Source of the DNA: Escherichia coli phage NG_A1
Direction: 5' to 3' (one strand)
Sequence record: LC788705.1
Length of the DNA: 64,000 nt
Shown: positions 9,106-19,087 of the stretch, in pieces
Layout of the letters: every line of letters begins with the position of its first letter
Position numbering within the stretch: the stretch's first letter is position 1
Translations under genes and position numbers: made by a program
The notes under the pieces: generated by a model
Databases searched by the model: none
What the model was told of the DNA's origin: nothing
The model's input: only the letters and a program-made list of their open reading frames with translations

Positions 9106-10943
9106 TTATTCTAAGTAGGAAAATCCTTCTGCATCTTTTTTGACAGTAATCTTATGAGCTAATGGATGCGTATGCCCATGAGAAACAATGATAGAATTTA
9201 GACTTTCTTCCTCATTTAATAGCTCAACGAGAGTATCAAGTCCTTTCGTATCAATAAAGCTAATTACTTCATCAAGGAATAGAAGATTAATATTAACTTT
9301 ACTAATAGATGTTAACAGCATCCGAATAGCTAACAGGGTTGCTAGATTAATTCGACTTTGCTGACCAGTAGAGCAGTTTTCCATACTGGTACGGTTTCCA
9401 TCATTGAAGATTACTACTTGTAATTTAGTTTCATCTAGTTCAAATCCAAGTGCGAATTTACCGCCAGTCATAATAGAAAGATATTTATTAATTAGCTCTT
9501 CAAATACTTTCACACTATGCTCTAGTTTATATCCAACCAGATTTTTCAATGCAGCAATTAGAATATCGAGATCAGCAACAGCTTCTGATACTCCATCCAG
9601 TTTGGAAGTAATCTCAGACATTTCTGCCTCAGCTTTCTCAATCTGTTCTAGTTTCGCCTTATATTTTGCATTGGCTAACTCAATATTTGCATTATGTTCT
9701 TTAGCAATTGCAACCTTAGAACGTCCATCAGCTATTTCCTGTTCTAATTGTCGGATTTGCACCTGTAGGATTTGCACATTGAGTTCTTCAAAAGAAGCAT
9801 CACTCATTGAATTTTTGAACTCGTCTCTAGCTACCACTGCCTTATCCAAAGCATCCTTTGCTCTAGTATACGCAACGTACTCAAGTTGTTCCTTCTTCAA
9901 CTGTTCTAGCTTAGCTTCAAGAGATTGCTTCTCTTTGAACAGAGGATCATATTCTACTCTAGCCATATCCATTGCTTTTTGAGCAGTAGTTGTATCCAGG
10001 TGAGTACCACAAGTAGGGCATTCAGTATTTGAAGCCTCTTGCTTGAACTTCTGATAACGTTTCTTAACTTCGCTCGCACGTGAGGTCACAATCGTTAGGT
10101 CACGCGTAACACTCGAGATCTCTTCATTTTGGTCGGTGGGCGCGGGCAAATTTTTGAAAGGTTCGAAAGATTGTTCGGCAACTTGTACAGCTTTGTCCAA
10201 ATTACGCAACTTAGTAATATTAGCCTCTTGAGACTTGGCTAATGCCGCCTTAATTTTCGATTCAGTAAGTTCTTGTGCTAATGGCTCTTCATCAAACTCC
10301 GGTACTTCTACAGGTTCCTGCAAAGTTCCTAGATTATTTTTCCCATTAAGGATTTTCGTAATTACAGCCATCTGGCCCTGCAAATTATTTAAGGTATTTG
10401 CTATTTCTTTACGGTCGGCCTTAATAGTTTCCGACATTTCTTTGTATTGCTCTTGATTGAACAAGTTAACAAGAAACGCTTTACGTGTTGCATCCGTTGC
10501 TTTTAGAAAGTCTAGGTTGGAACCCACTGATTGATAAATCAGTTTGGTGAATGTTTGAAAGTCACCACCCATAATCTCTTCAATCATCTTGTATGTTTGG
10601 GTTGCAGTATGCCCGCTAATATCTTCCCCATTCTTAATCAACGTTACTTTAGCAGTTGACTTGACAACTTTATGCAGCTCATACTCATCATCATCTTTTG
10701 AAAAGTAAGCGTGCATATCGTATTCTTTCTTGGGGGCATTCCAAGAGAATAATGCATCTTTCTTAATACCACGTGAGTTCTTGTTATAAAACAATTCCTC
10801 GATAACCGTAGCGATGGTGGATTTCCCTAGCCCATTGCCACCAATTAGTTGAGTAACGGGATTCTTATCGAAATGAATTACGATGTCCTTACCGTAAGAC
10901 ATAACGTTACTAAATTTTAGTGTCTTAATTGTAATCTTTGACA
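9106..10943 (-). CDS. SbcC/Rad50-like recombination ATPase (T5 D13-type)
   Basis: Walker A GGNGLGKST, long coiled coil with CPTCG zinc hook, Walker B/D-loop LLFLDEVISFID; start taken at ATG 10943 (MSKITIK) rather than the longer 11025 extension. Confidence 0.8.
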
Positions 10944-11902
10944 TATTTCGCAGCTCTAGCCAAGATTCTATCAATGTCGCCTTGAGATAGCTTCTCGACT
11001 TCACGGAAGTAAAGTTCAAGTTCACCTAACATATCAAGATCAACAAGATTTAACTTAGCGTCTTTAGTAACTCGATGGTTAATCTTCTTATCTAATAAAT
11101 CAGAGTCTTTGATAGACTTTAATTGAACAACGTCACCAGTAACTTCGTAGACTACACGATCATAATCACTAGGTTCCATCTCTTCACCAGCTCCGATTGT
11201 TTTACGAATCAGTTGTGGTAAATCACCTAGTTCAATCCATTCTACTTTTAATGTGTCGGTATCAATGATAAAGCAACCATTTGTACCTTTTGTGCGTTCT
11301 CTATGGAACGATGTAGTTAATGGAGATCCTGGGTAGAGAAGTCTAGTAGATCCGATAGTCTGGCTATTAGTATAAGAATGTAAATCGCCAGCAATTACAG
11401 TATCATAACAGTTGTACTTAGTTAGATCAATTTCTGGTTTTACATGTGGAGGGATTTCACCACGAACATGCGTGAAACATAGTTTTGATTCAGCAGGTTT
11501 CCACTTGGGTTTATGAATCTCATCATATGGGACAATATCAAATTCAGGGGAACGATATGGTTTGGTAATTACTTCCCATTTCCCACTAGTTACTTTATTA
11601 ATAACCCCCGCATAATGATATAGACATGAAATGGTTTTAGTTAACATTTCATGATTTCCAGTAAAGATTTTACCTGGATGGTCAAGTCTTGACATGAACT
11701 GTTCAAGCAGTTCTATTTCTTCTGACGACGGGTCGGCAACATCAAGTATATCACCACCAGCAATATGAAGATCACAGTTATGATTATGGAATATATCATT
11801 TAACCGTTCTCCTAGCATCAGGAAGCGACGCTTCTGCCATTCCTTTGGAACTTTATCTTGTCCTAGTTTGATATGATGATCAGCACTAAATAATATTCTC
11901 AT
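10925..11902 (-). CDS. SbcD/Mre11-like nuclease (T5 D12-type)
   Basis: Calcineurin-like phosphoesterase motifs (ILFSADHH, GGDILD, GNHE); paired with SbcC-like gene. Confidence 0.8.
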   Translation of the reverse strand: MRILFSADHHIKLGQDKVPKEWQKRRFLMLGERLNDIFHNHNCDLHIAGGDILDVADPSSEEIELLEQFMSRLDHPGKIFTGNHEMLTKTISCLYHYAGVINKVTSGKWEVITKPYRSPEFDIVPYDEIHKPKWKPAESKLCFTHVRGEIPPHVKPEIDLTKYNCYDTVIAGDLHSYTNSQTIGSTRLLYPGSPLTTSFHRERTKGTNGCFIIDTDTLKVEWIELGDLPQLIRKTIGAGEEMEPSDYDRVVYEVTGDVVQLKSIKDSDLLDKKINHRVTKDAKLNLVDLDMLGELELYFREVEKLSQGDIDRILARAAKYVKDYN

Positions 11903-11904
11903 AT

Positions 11905-11931
11905 GTTAAAAAGAAAGGGGCCGAAGCCCCT
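11905..11931 (-). terminator. Rho-independent terminator/attenuator immediately upstream of SbcD-like start
   Basis: Minus-strand hairpin GGGGC-TTCG-GCCCC followed by TTCTTTTT, then the ATG of the next gene. Confidence 0.6.
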
Positions 11932-11938
11932 CTATTTA

Positions 11939-12712
11939 TTAGTCGTCCAGATCACTTGCAGCTTCTTGGTCAATACCTTTCTGGGAGCCAGCATTGCTGT
12001 TACCAGATTTGGCATCATCATCTTTATTCTCACGACCTTCCATGAAGGCTTGAATTGCTTCTTTCTGCTCTTCATAGGTAGGAACCGGATAGGTTTGTTC
12101 CAGAGAAGGGACTTTCTCAAACTTAATGATGTCGCCATCTTCATCACACATAGCTTCACCAATCAGATCTACATCTGCAGCATATTGCTTAGATTCTGCA
12201 CTGTTAGGATCTTGCAGCTTAATCTGGAACTGCATAGCAGCAATCTGCTGTACATCATACTCAGTATCGAAACCTTTGCCTTTTTTCTCGATAGAAATAT
12301 CAATATCAAACGGAGTTGCCAGATTCAGCTGCTTCATGATAGACTGGATGCCTTTCAGAATAGTAGCTTTGACTTCCATTACTTTCAGTTTGTTATCAGA
12401 ACGGTCGATAACAAAAGCGATATAGTTTTTCTTCGGTTTCAGCGGAACGCGATTGCCATCTTTATCCAGCTCTTTCTCAAAGAAGCCCATCTCATGAACC
12501 GGATCAGCTTTACCACGAACAAAGCTCTCTTTGTCGCGGTTAAAACGGAGACATTCGAAAGGAGCTACGCTACCTTCTTTATTAGTCAGCCAATAGACAT
12601 AACGTGGAAGAACACCAGAAACGATACGAACACGAGTGATACCGTTGTTGAACTTCAGGAATTCGATTTTATCGTTAGAACCGCCAGTAGTTTCGCCCCA
12701 AGACTTAGCCAT
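11939..12712 (-). CDS. Hypothetical replication-associated protein with acidic C-terminal tail (T5 D11 position)
   Basis: 257 aa; acidic C-terminus (EAASDLDD) as seen in SSB-type partner-binding tails; function not assignable. Confidence 0.45.
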   Translation of the reverse strand: MAKSWGETTGGSNDKIEFLKFNNGITRVRIVSGVLPRYVYWLTNKEGSVAPFECLRFNRDKESFVRGKADPVHEMGFFEKELDKDGNRVPLKPKKNYIAFVIDRSDNKLKVMEVKATILKGIQSIMKQLNLATPFDIDISIEKKGKGFDTEYDVQQIAAMQFQIKLQDPNSAESKQYAADVDLIGEAMCDEDGDIIKFEKVPSLEQTYPVPTYEEQKEAIQAFMEGRENKDDDAKSGNSNAGSQKGIDQEAASDLDD

Positions 12713-12989
12713 ATTTTATTTCCTCTTTAAAGATTAATTTCGATTTGTTAATTGCGATTAGTGGGTTAGTGTCGATTACTAAACGTGGTATCCATACTGG
12801 AACATATTGTATGTCCAAACTAGGATCGTTTGTAAACTTGTATTCGGCATAATTTCGTAGACTTAAAATTCCTAGATATTCTGCCAGTTGTCTATTAGAC
12901 AATTTATTTGGATTATCAATTATTGTTGATTCATTCAAAATGAATGAGGAACCGACCAATAATTGGTGAGCATCAGGCTCTGTAAGCAT
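12705..12989 (-). CDS. Hypothetical protein
   Basis: 94-aa ORF downstream of two tandem promoters. Confidence 0.4.
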   Translation of the reverse strand: MLTEPDAHQLLVGSSFILNESTIIDNPNKLSNRQLAEYLGILSLRNYAEYKFTNDPSLDIQYVPVWIPRLVIDTNPLIAINKSKLIFKEEIKYG

Positions 12990-13088
12990 TCTTTTGAATA
13001 GCTTAATAATTAGGTCGGAATTTCCTCTAGCTAGTAAGTATAGCTTTTCATAATCGAAGAATTTAATTTTTGTTTTCTCCTCGAATTT

Positions 13089-13118
13089 ATGTATATATTA
13101 TACTAGATTTCGAGAGAA
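13089..13118 (-). promoter_or_regulatory. Sigma70-type early promoter, copy 1 of tandem pair
   Basis: Minus-strand TTGCTA-N18-TATAAT with A/T-rich upstream element; the 17-nt block TTATGTATATATTATAC recurs about 100 nt away. Confidence 0.6.
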
Positions 13119-13188
13119 TTTAGCAACTAAAATTTTTATTTTTCTGCTTCGGACTTTCTTATCAATCCGAAACTTTCTCTCTCAAATT

Positions 13189-13235
13189 TATGTATATATT
13201 ATACATCATTTATGAGCTGTTGCCAAATGCAATTT
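13189..13235 (-). promoter_or_regulatory. Sigma70-type early promoter, copy 2 of tandem pair
   Basis: Minus-strand TTGGCA-N17-TATAAT; -35 lies in the 3' end of the helicase gene. Confidence 0.55.
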
Positions 13236-14562
13236 TAGCTAATTGAACTGCTTTCTCCGGAGTCATAGTAATAGTTTTCCACCCGTTGTTACGATACACT
13301 GCCATACGTCCAGAAGCCTGTCTTAGTCCAGTGCCACCTTTCATAATTAGATCTACAACAATAGGGTCGAGTTTGCCCTCGACAATACGTTGAACACGGC
13401 CTGCAAGCTGTTCAATGAGAGATTCATTATTAATGAGGCTTCCCATTATTAAACAAGACAGCTCATTAAGGGAAATGCCTTCAGAGAAGATACTTTGAGC
13501 TGCTGCAAGTACACAAGGCCCACCTTTTGCTATATCTTCCTGAATTTTTAATCGATCATCAAGTGGGGTTGCGCCAATAATCTCATAGATTATGACTCCT
13601 CGCTGAGATAATGCTTCTAGTACTGTTTGGATTAACTCTGTTCTATCACTTACAATGAGTACTTTATGTCCCATATTCACATATAAATGTGCTAGGTTTA
13701 TAATAGTCTCTCGATATTCGGGATGGTTATACACATCATTAGCACGTAATGCCCACGGTACGTTTTGGTTTCCTGATAGCTCAACAGGCACGGAGTACCT
13801 ATGGATTGTAGGTGCAACAGTATTATTAACCGGTGGGCTAAATATCTTATATCCAAAGAAATCTTTGAACATAACTTGTAAACCATCTTTTCGTTTTAGC
13901 GTACCGGATAGTCCAATTTTATAGCGAGCACATGATATTTCTAGGAAGTTAGTGAAAGTTGTAGCCACACAATGGTGAACTTCATCAACTATAACAGTAC
14001 CGAATACTTTAGAAAGATTATTCGCATGTTTATTCACTGTTTGAATATTACTGACCACAATTGGTGGATCAATATTGTATTTTCCAGAACCTATGATACC
14101 TGGTTCAAACCCAAACCATTTACGAACTTCTGCCGCCCACATTTCACGAATAGATGTGTTGGTACAAATTACCAAAGTTTTCTGGCCAAATTTATACGCA
14201 AGTGCCAGGGCTAGGATAGTTTTGCCAAATCCAGGCTTACCATTAATAATACAGGTATCATCGCACTCTTCATATATTGGGAGCTGGTCTTCTTCACGCA
14301 GCTTGAACTTAGGTCTTGGTATATCTACTGGAGCTAATGTGCGTTTATCGACTAATTCGTATTTTACTCCTTTAGCATCTAGTAAATCCAGACGCGTGAT
14401 AGGAATCCACTTAATCTCTTTGGCAACAACACCACTATTCTTATACATAATAGGGTATTTACTAGTCATTGTCTCAATGTGATAAGTGGTTTGTTTACTA
14501 CAATAATCCCAAAGTTCATCATCGGGCTTGAAATAGGCTTTATTAGATATAACAACCTTCAT
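13210..14562 (-). CDS. SF2 DNA helicase (T5 D10-type)
   Basis: Walker A GKPGFGKT, DEVH box (VIVDEVHH), helicase C-terminal motifs. Confidence 0.8.
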   Translation of the reverse strand: MKVVISNKAYFKPDDELWDYCSKQTTYHIETMTSKYPIMYKNSGVVAKEIKWIPITRLDLLDAKGVKYELVDKRTLAPVDIPRPKFKLREEDQLPIYEECDDTCIINGKPGFGKTILALALAYKFGQKTLVICTNTSIREMWAAEVRKWFGFEPGIIGSGKYNIDPPIVVSNIQTVNKHANNLSKVFGTVIVDEVHHCVATTFTNFLEISCARYKIGLSGTLKRKDGLQVMFKDFFGYKIFSPPVNNTVAPTIHRYSVPVELSGNQNVPWALRANDVYNHPEYRETIINLAHLYVNMGHKVLIVSDRTELIQTVLEALSQRGVIIYEIIGATPLDDRLKIQEDIAKGGPCVLAAAQSIFSEGISLNELSCLIMGSLINNESLIEQLAGRVQRIVEGKLDPIVVDLIMKGGTGLRQASGRMAVYRNNGWKTITMTPEKAVQLAKIAFGNSS

Positions 14563-15056
14563 AATTTTATTCTAAGTCTAGGAATTTCAGGCTCCTCTTG
14601 ATGGACTTGGTAAATAACAGGGCTATTATTTACCAGAATATAGCTTATATAAGCTGGAACATAGGATAATACAAATGGATATGGAACTTTAGCTACATAG
14701 CATTGGTATTTTCCGTTGTAAATTCTAGCTGAATGCAAAACTTTAGAGGTGACAACATCATAAAACGTAGTTTTCTTCCAGTTAATAAGATTTCCATCAG
14801 AATCTATAAATTGGCTACGCTTTGACCCAACTAATTGAGACAACATGGATATTCTGCCCCTAATAGGATAGAGCTTATATGGTAATTCTTTCCGTTTCTC
14901 AAATAGAATAAGCCTACGTTGAGAAAAAGTGCCAGGCAACTTCCTGTTATCTAGTACATATTTATTATATCTTGTTGTAATTACGGAATAATCACCTTCT
15001 TGCTCAATTGATACAAAAGCCCGTAAAGCATATACGGGCAATTTGAAATCAAGCAC
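14559..15056 (-). CDS. Hypothetical protein between polymerase and helicase
   Basis: 165-aa ORF with GTG start; no recognisable motif. Confidence 0.4.
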   Translation of the reverse strand: MLDFKLPVYALRAFVSIEQEGDYSVITTRYNKYVLDNRKLPGTFSQRRLILFEKRKELPYKLYPIRGRISMLSQLVGSKRSQFIDSDGNLINWKKTTFYDVVTSKVLHSARIYNGKYQCYVAKVPYPFVLSYVPAYISYILVNNSPVIYQVHQEEPEIPRLRIKL

Positions 15057-17616
15057 CGAGAATCCTTCTCACGTTATCCAAATCTTTACATACAGCAATA
15101 AACTTATCATCCTTGTATTTGCTATGATCTGGATGCTCTTTATCCATTGCAGCTAGTTTCTTATACTCGAATTCTGCATCAAGTAATACACCCTTGACAT
15201 AACGAGTATATTCATCATCATCAATACAAGCGATTGATGGGTGCTGTTTCTTCATCTTACCACAAGAGTAGTCGCGAGAACCTCCAGCTTCAGAATCTGA
15301 ATCAATACCAATCGGACAGCCAGGAATACTAATACCGCGGTCTTTCTGAATATTACGAATCAGGATTTCATTGTATTGGTCGATCAAATCCTCACGAACA
15401 ATAGCAACTACGGAGTCGTGAACCAGCATAACAATCTTCATCTCTTGTTCTAGGCCAAGAGAAATGATCTCATTATCTGCATCTACAGCACCTAAAAGGA
15501 GACTATCAGAAGAAGCAGACTGAATGATTGCGTTAAATCCAGAACGGATTTCTTCACCTTGAACACCACGGTCTTCGGAGTGGATATTATGCAGACGACG
15601 TTTACGACCAAAGTGACTATAGATAAATCCATGATTCTTGATCTGATCATGGCACTTATCAATCCAACGCTTAAGCTGCGGGAACTGACCGAAGTAAGTT
15701 TCTATATACTCTTTAGCATCTGCAACCGTACACTCTACAAACGGTTCGCCTGTCTTAGCAGCCTGTTCCAGAAGAGCTTCGTTAACAGAATGAGCTACTT
15801 TAGCTGGGCCAGAACCATACAGAATACCAAAGGTGATTGCTTTAGCTGCTTGACGCAGAGCTGGGAATAACTTTTTAACATCACGAGGCTCGCATTGGAG
15901 CTTAAATACCATGTGTGCGATGTTAGAGTGGAAGTCGGGGTATTTATCTGGTTCATTTCTCATGTTGATAAATACTTGTTGCATATTTCTATCACCAGAT
16001 AGAACAGCAGCATAATAAACTTCCGCAGTTGTTAAGTCCCATGCAATTACACGATACCCGGGAGGAGCTACTACACAACCCTTGATAATAGATTCATCAC
16101 GAGGTAACTGTTGCAGGTTCAGTTTACCAGAAGAACTCAGACGACCAGAAGTAGTCATATGTTCATGGAAACCAGTACGAATGCAACCATCTGCATCAAT
16201 ACTCAGAAGAATCTTCTCAACATAAGTAGAGATCAGCTTAGTCAGCTTACGAATCTCTAGTAGAGTCTTAGCAATTGGATGCTGCGTAGACAATTCGTTC
16301 AGAGCTTCTGCATCTGTAGAGTCTGCTCCAGTATCCGTCAATTTACCTGTTGGAGTTAAGCCAACATAATCAAATAGAAGAACACGGAGTTGTTTAACAG
16401 AGTTTGGGTTAAACGCTTCGTTCTGATCTTTCTCTAGCTGAACGACTTCTGGATAAGTATACAGTTTTTCACGAGCTTTATTCAGATTATGGGTTAACTG
16501 GTACTGAGCTTCTTTTAAACGATCAATAGAAATAGGTACACCACGATCCTCAACACGCTGGAGAAATACACAACCAGGCATTAGGACATCATAATACAGA
16601 CTACAAAGTTTTTCATTCTTCTCAATTTTTGGTAAGAAGAAGTTGTGCAAACGTATGGTAGCATCGGTATCTTTCGCAGCGTAAGGCCACATAATATCAA
16701 ACGGAATTAAATCATAGGTGAAATCTTCTTTCTTGATTTTATGTGCTTTGCAGTAATCCTCTTTGAACTTATCTAGTTCGAAGTCATAGTCACCCATATC
16801 GGTATACTTCATTGCTAGAGATTTCAAGCCATGAGTACCACGACGTTCATCTAGAACATAATGCTGCAACATAGTATCATGGAGCCTGCGTTCTTTATGC
16901 GCTTTATCAAAAGTAAGTCCCAGATGGTACTTATAAAAGTGCATATCAAACTTCAGGTTGTGAAAAACAATAGTGTGGTTTTCACTATCCAGAATTTTCT
17001 GGAGATAATATACTGCAACCTCTGTGAGACAATCAGAATCGATATATACACCCTGATACTCTTGGTGAGACATAGAAACACCAAGCAGATAACCATCTCG
17101 ACAGTATAGTGCTGAGGTTTCGGAGTCGAATGCGACAGGTCCGATAACCATATTATACACCATCTTGATATATTCTTCCGCCTCGTCAGGGTCAGTAATA
17201 GGACGGTAATCACCAGCTTTTGCAACCTTCTCACGACCATTGATAATATCGTGGATATTTTCTACTGTTGCATCGAAAACTGGTTTCATTTCAGGTTTAA
17301 AGTGTAACTGGGCTGGGCTGATACTCGCAATCCAGTTAGCATATCCATTATACTCTACACGTTTACCAGTATAGTCACCAATGCCTTTCTTACCTGCGAA
17401 ATACAGGAAAGGTTCAGCACCTACTAGTATAACAAAATCGTAATCATTCGGATCAAATGGGTTTTCTGGTGTTCCAATAGTAATGTGCTTTTTAAGCAAA
17501 CGACCAGATAACTTCTCATTACACATATGGAATACATCAACTTCCTCGCCGTATAGCTGGAAATGTTTATCGTAACGAGTGTTGTTTAGGGCTTTATCAA
17601 CTACTGCGATTTTCAA
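15049..17616 (-). CDS. DNA polymerase, family A with 3'-5' exonuclease domain
   Basis: 855 aa; exo motifs (FDSETS), Pol A motif B (RQAAKAITFGILYGSG) and motif C (VMLVHDSVV); TTG start preceded by GAGGAG. Confidence 0.95.
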   Translation of the reverse strand: MKIAVVDKALNNTRYDKHFQLYGEEVDVFHMCNEKLSGRLLKKHITIGTPENPFDPNDYDFVILVGAEPFLYFAGKKGIGDYTGKRVEYNGYANWIASISPAQLHFKPEMKPVFDATVENIHDIINGREKVAKAGDYRPITDPDEAEEYIKMVYNMVIGPVAFDSETSALYCRDGYLLGVSMSHQEYQGVYIDSDCLTEVAVYYLQKILDSENHTIVFHNLKFDMHFYKYHLGLTFDKAHKERRLHDTMLQHYVLDERRGTHGLKSLAMKYTDMGDYDFELDKFKEDYCKAHKIKKEDFTYDLIPFDIMWPYAAKDTDATIRLHNFFLPKIEKNEKLCSLYYDVLMPGCVFLQRVEDRGVPISIDRLKEAQYQLTHNLNKAREKLYTYPEVVQLEKDQNEAFNPNSVKQLRVLLFDYVGLTPTGKLTDTGADSTDAEALNELSTQHPIAKTLLEIRKLTKLISTYVEKILLSIDADGCIRTGFHEHMTTSGRLSSSGKLNLQQLPRDESIIKGCVVAPPGYRVIAWDLTTAEVYYAAVLSGDRNMQQVFINMRNEPDKYPDFHSNIAHMVFKLQCEPRDVKKLFPALRQAAKAITFGILYGSGPAKVAHSVNEALLEQAAKTGEPFVECTVADAKEYIETYFGQFPQLKRWIDKCHDQIKNHGFIYSHFGRKRRLHNIHSEDRGVQGEEIRSGFNAIIQSASSDSLLLGAVDADNEIISLGLEQEMKIVMLVHDSVVAIVREDLIDQYNEILIRNIQKDRGISIPGCPIGIDSDSEAGGSRDYSCGKMKKQHPSIACIDDDEYTRYVKGVLLDAEFEYKKLAAMDKEHPDHSKYKDDKFIAVCKDLDNVRRILGA

Positions 17617-17677
17617 ATTTAATCTCCTCTTGGTAAGTAAGTATAACTTCAGTGTTTCTTCTCTAACTTACCAATAT

Positions 17678-17706
17678 ATTATACCAAATCTTTAAGCGAT
17701 TCAGCA
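17678..17706 (-). promoter_or_regulatory. Promoter for DNA polymerase embedded in 3' end of primase gene
   Basis: Minus-strand TTGCTG-N17-TATAAT; followed by a 9-bp stem hairpin (17629-17673) in the polymerase leader. Confidence 0.55.
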
Positions 17707-18569
17707 ACTAAAATTTCAATACGTTTTGCTAACATATCAATTTCTTCTTTATTTAAGTCACCGGGGTCTTTACCTTCGGGTAGAAGAAAGTTAGCAACTA
17801 CAGGTGTTAAACGCGTTTTTGTACGAATTAACTTGGCCAATGCTTGTGCAGCCTTATTACCAGAAGCATCATTATCTAGTAAGATAACAACAACTTTTAC
17901 ACCAGCAATAATATAAGGGCTGAACTTATCTGCAATATTATCCGAGGTAAACTGATGTGTACCAAAGCAACAAGAAGCATAGTCTATACCATTATCCTCT
18001 AGGTTCAGCATATCAAAGATACCTTCAACTAGAATAAGAACTGGAGTATTATATCGTACAGGGAAAATCGGTGGTGAAACTTGTTTTGGTTTTACTAAGT
18101 ATTTAGGAGGGGCAGAACTGTTTATAGAACGACCCAAAAATAGGATATTGCGTCCAACAGCATCTGTGATTGGGAATACAATTCTGCCTTCCCAGTCTGC
18201 TTGGTGTTGGAAAGCAAAATATTTCTTCAAGGTCTTAGAACTTATACCTCGGAAATCACCTTCGAAAAGGTAAGCAGATTCAGGAATTGCAAGATTTGTA
18301 GATCCATTCCTAATCTCTGAAATCTTTTTACGTACCTGCGATAGTCTTGGAGACTGTCGGTACTGAGTCTCATTAAAATAATGGTAAATGCTCGGTATAC
18401 CTTTACCGAAGCCACAACTCAAGCAGTGCATAATACCTGTTTCAGGATCAATACGCAAACTTGGATGTTTATCGTCATGATCTGGATTTAAGCAACAGAT
18501 TAAAATATCTCCACCAGTATCTTTATACTCAATTCCCTTAAGATCAAGTAATTCTGTTATTCGACTCAT
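17679..18569 (-). CDS. DNA primase (zinc-finger + TOPRIM)
   Basis: CxxH...CxxC zinc-binding region (CCLNPDHDDKH...CLSCG), TOPRIM motif (LILVEGIFDMLN, DNDASG). Confidence 0.85.
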   Translation of the reverse strand: MSRITELLDLKGIEYKDTGGDILICCLNPDHDDKHPSLRIDPETGIMHCLSCGFGKGIPSIYHYFNETQYRQSPRLSQVRKKISEIRNGSTNLAIPESAYLFEGDFRGISSKTLKKYFAFQHQADWEGRIVFPITDAVGRNILFLGRSINSSAPPKYLVKPKQVSPPIFPVRYNTPVLILVEGIFDMLNLEDNGIDYASCCFGTHQFTSDNIADKFSPYIIAGVKVVVILLDNDASGNKAAQALAKLIRTKTRLTPVVANFLLPEGKDPGDLNKEEIDMLAKRIEILVAESLKDLV

Positions 18570-19087
18570 GAATTTAACTCCTCCAGTGAAGGATACTTAG
18601 TTGGATCAAAAATCTCTTGAACAGCATTTTCTCCATGTAATTGTAGACGTAGTTCATTGGCTTTAGTGACTGCAAGCTTTAGATCTGCATAATTAAAGAG
18701 CCCACCGTGAACTTTTTCTCCCATAGAATTTACTACTCTTACATGCCATTTGTGATCCCGCTTAAACCAGAAAACTCCCAAGTACCCAGATTTACTTCTA
18801 GCTGTTTTATTTCTGCTATTTTCTTGCCGGGTGGATGGCCTAATATTAATCCATCTATTATCCCAAGTAATTCGATTAATATGGTCTACTTCCCCTGGCA
18901 TATATCCTTCCATATATAGGAAGGCTAGTTGGTGTGCAAAGTATAATTTTCTATCTACCTTTATCCGTATGTATCCACTATCTAGAGTACCCGCAATACT
19001 ACCAGCTTTCTGATTGCCTCTAGATACTTTTCTAGTAAACTCCCCAGTCTCTGGGGAGTAGTCAAATAGTTCTGTTATTCTACTCAT
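18566..19087 (-). CDS. HNH homing endonuclease with AP2-like DNA-binding domain
   Basis: HNH motif (EVDHINRITWDNRWINIR...ENSRN) and YLGVFW AP2-like segment; paralog of 42577-43125. Confidence 0.8.
   Translation of the reverse strand: MSRITELFDYSPETGEFTRKVSRGNQKAGSIAGTLDSGYIRIKVDRKLYFAHQLAFLYMEGYMPGEVDHINRITWDNRWINIRPSTRQENSRNKTARSKSGYLGVFWFKRDHKWHVRVVNSMGEKVHGGLFNYADLKLAVTKANELRLQLHGENAVQEIFDPTKYPSLEELNS

Noticed and set aside
9404-9982. Plus-strand ORFs across the minus-strand replication block (9404-9982, 11903-12730, 20924-21433, 14075-14482)
   Set aside because: Low-complexity or repetitive translations overlapping well-supported minus-strand genes; taken as frame shadows.
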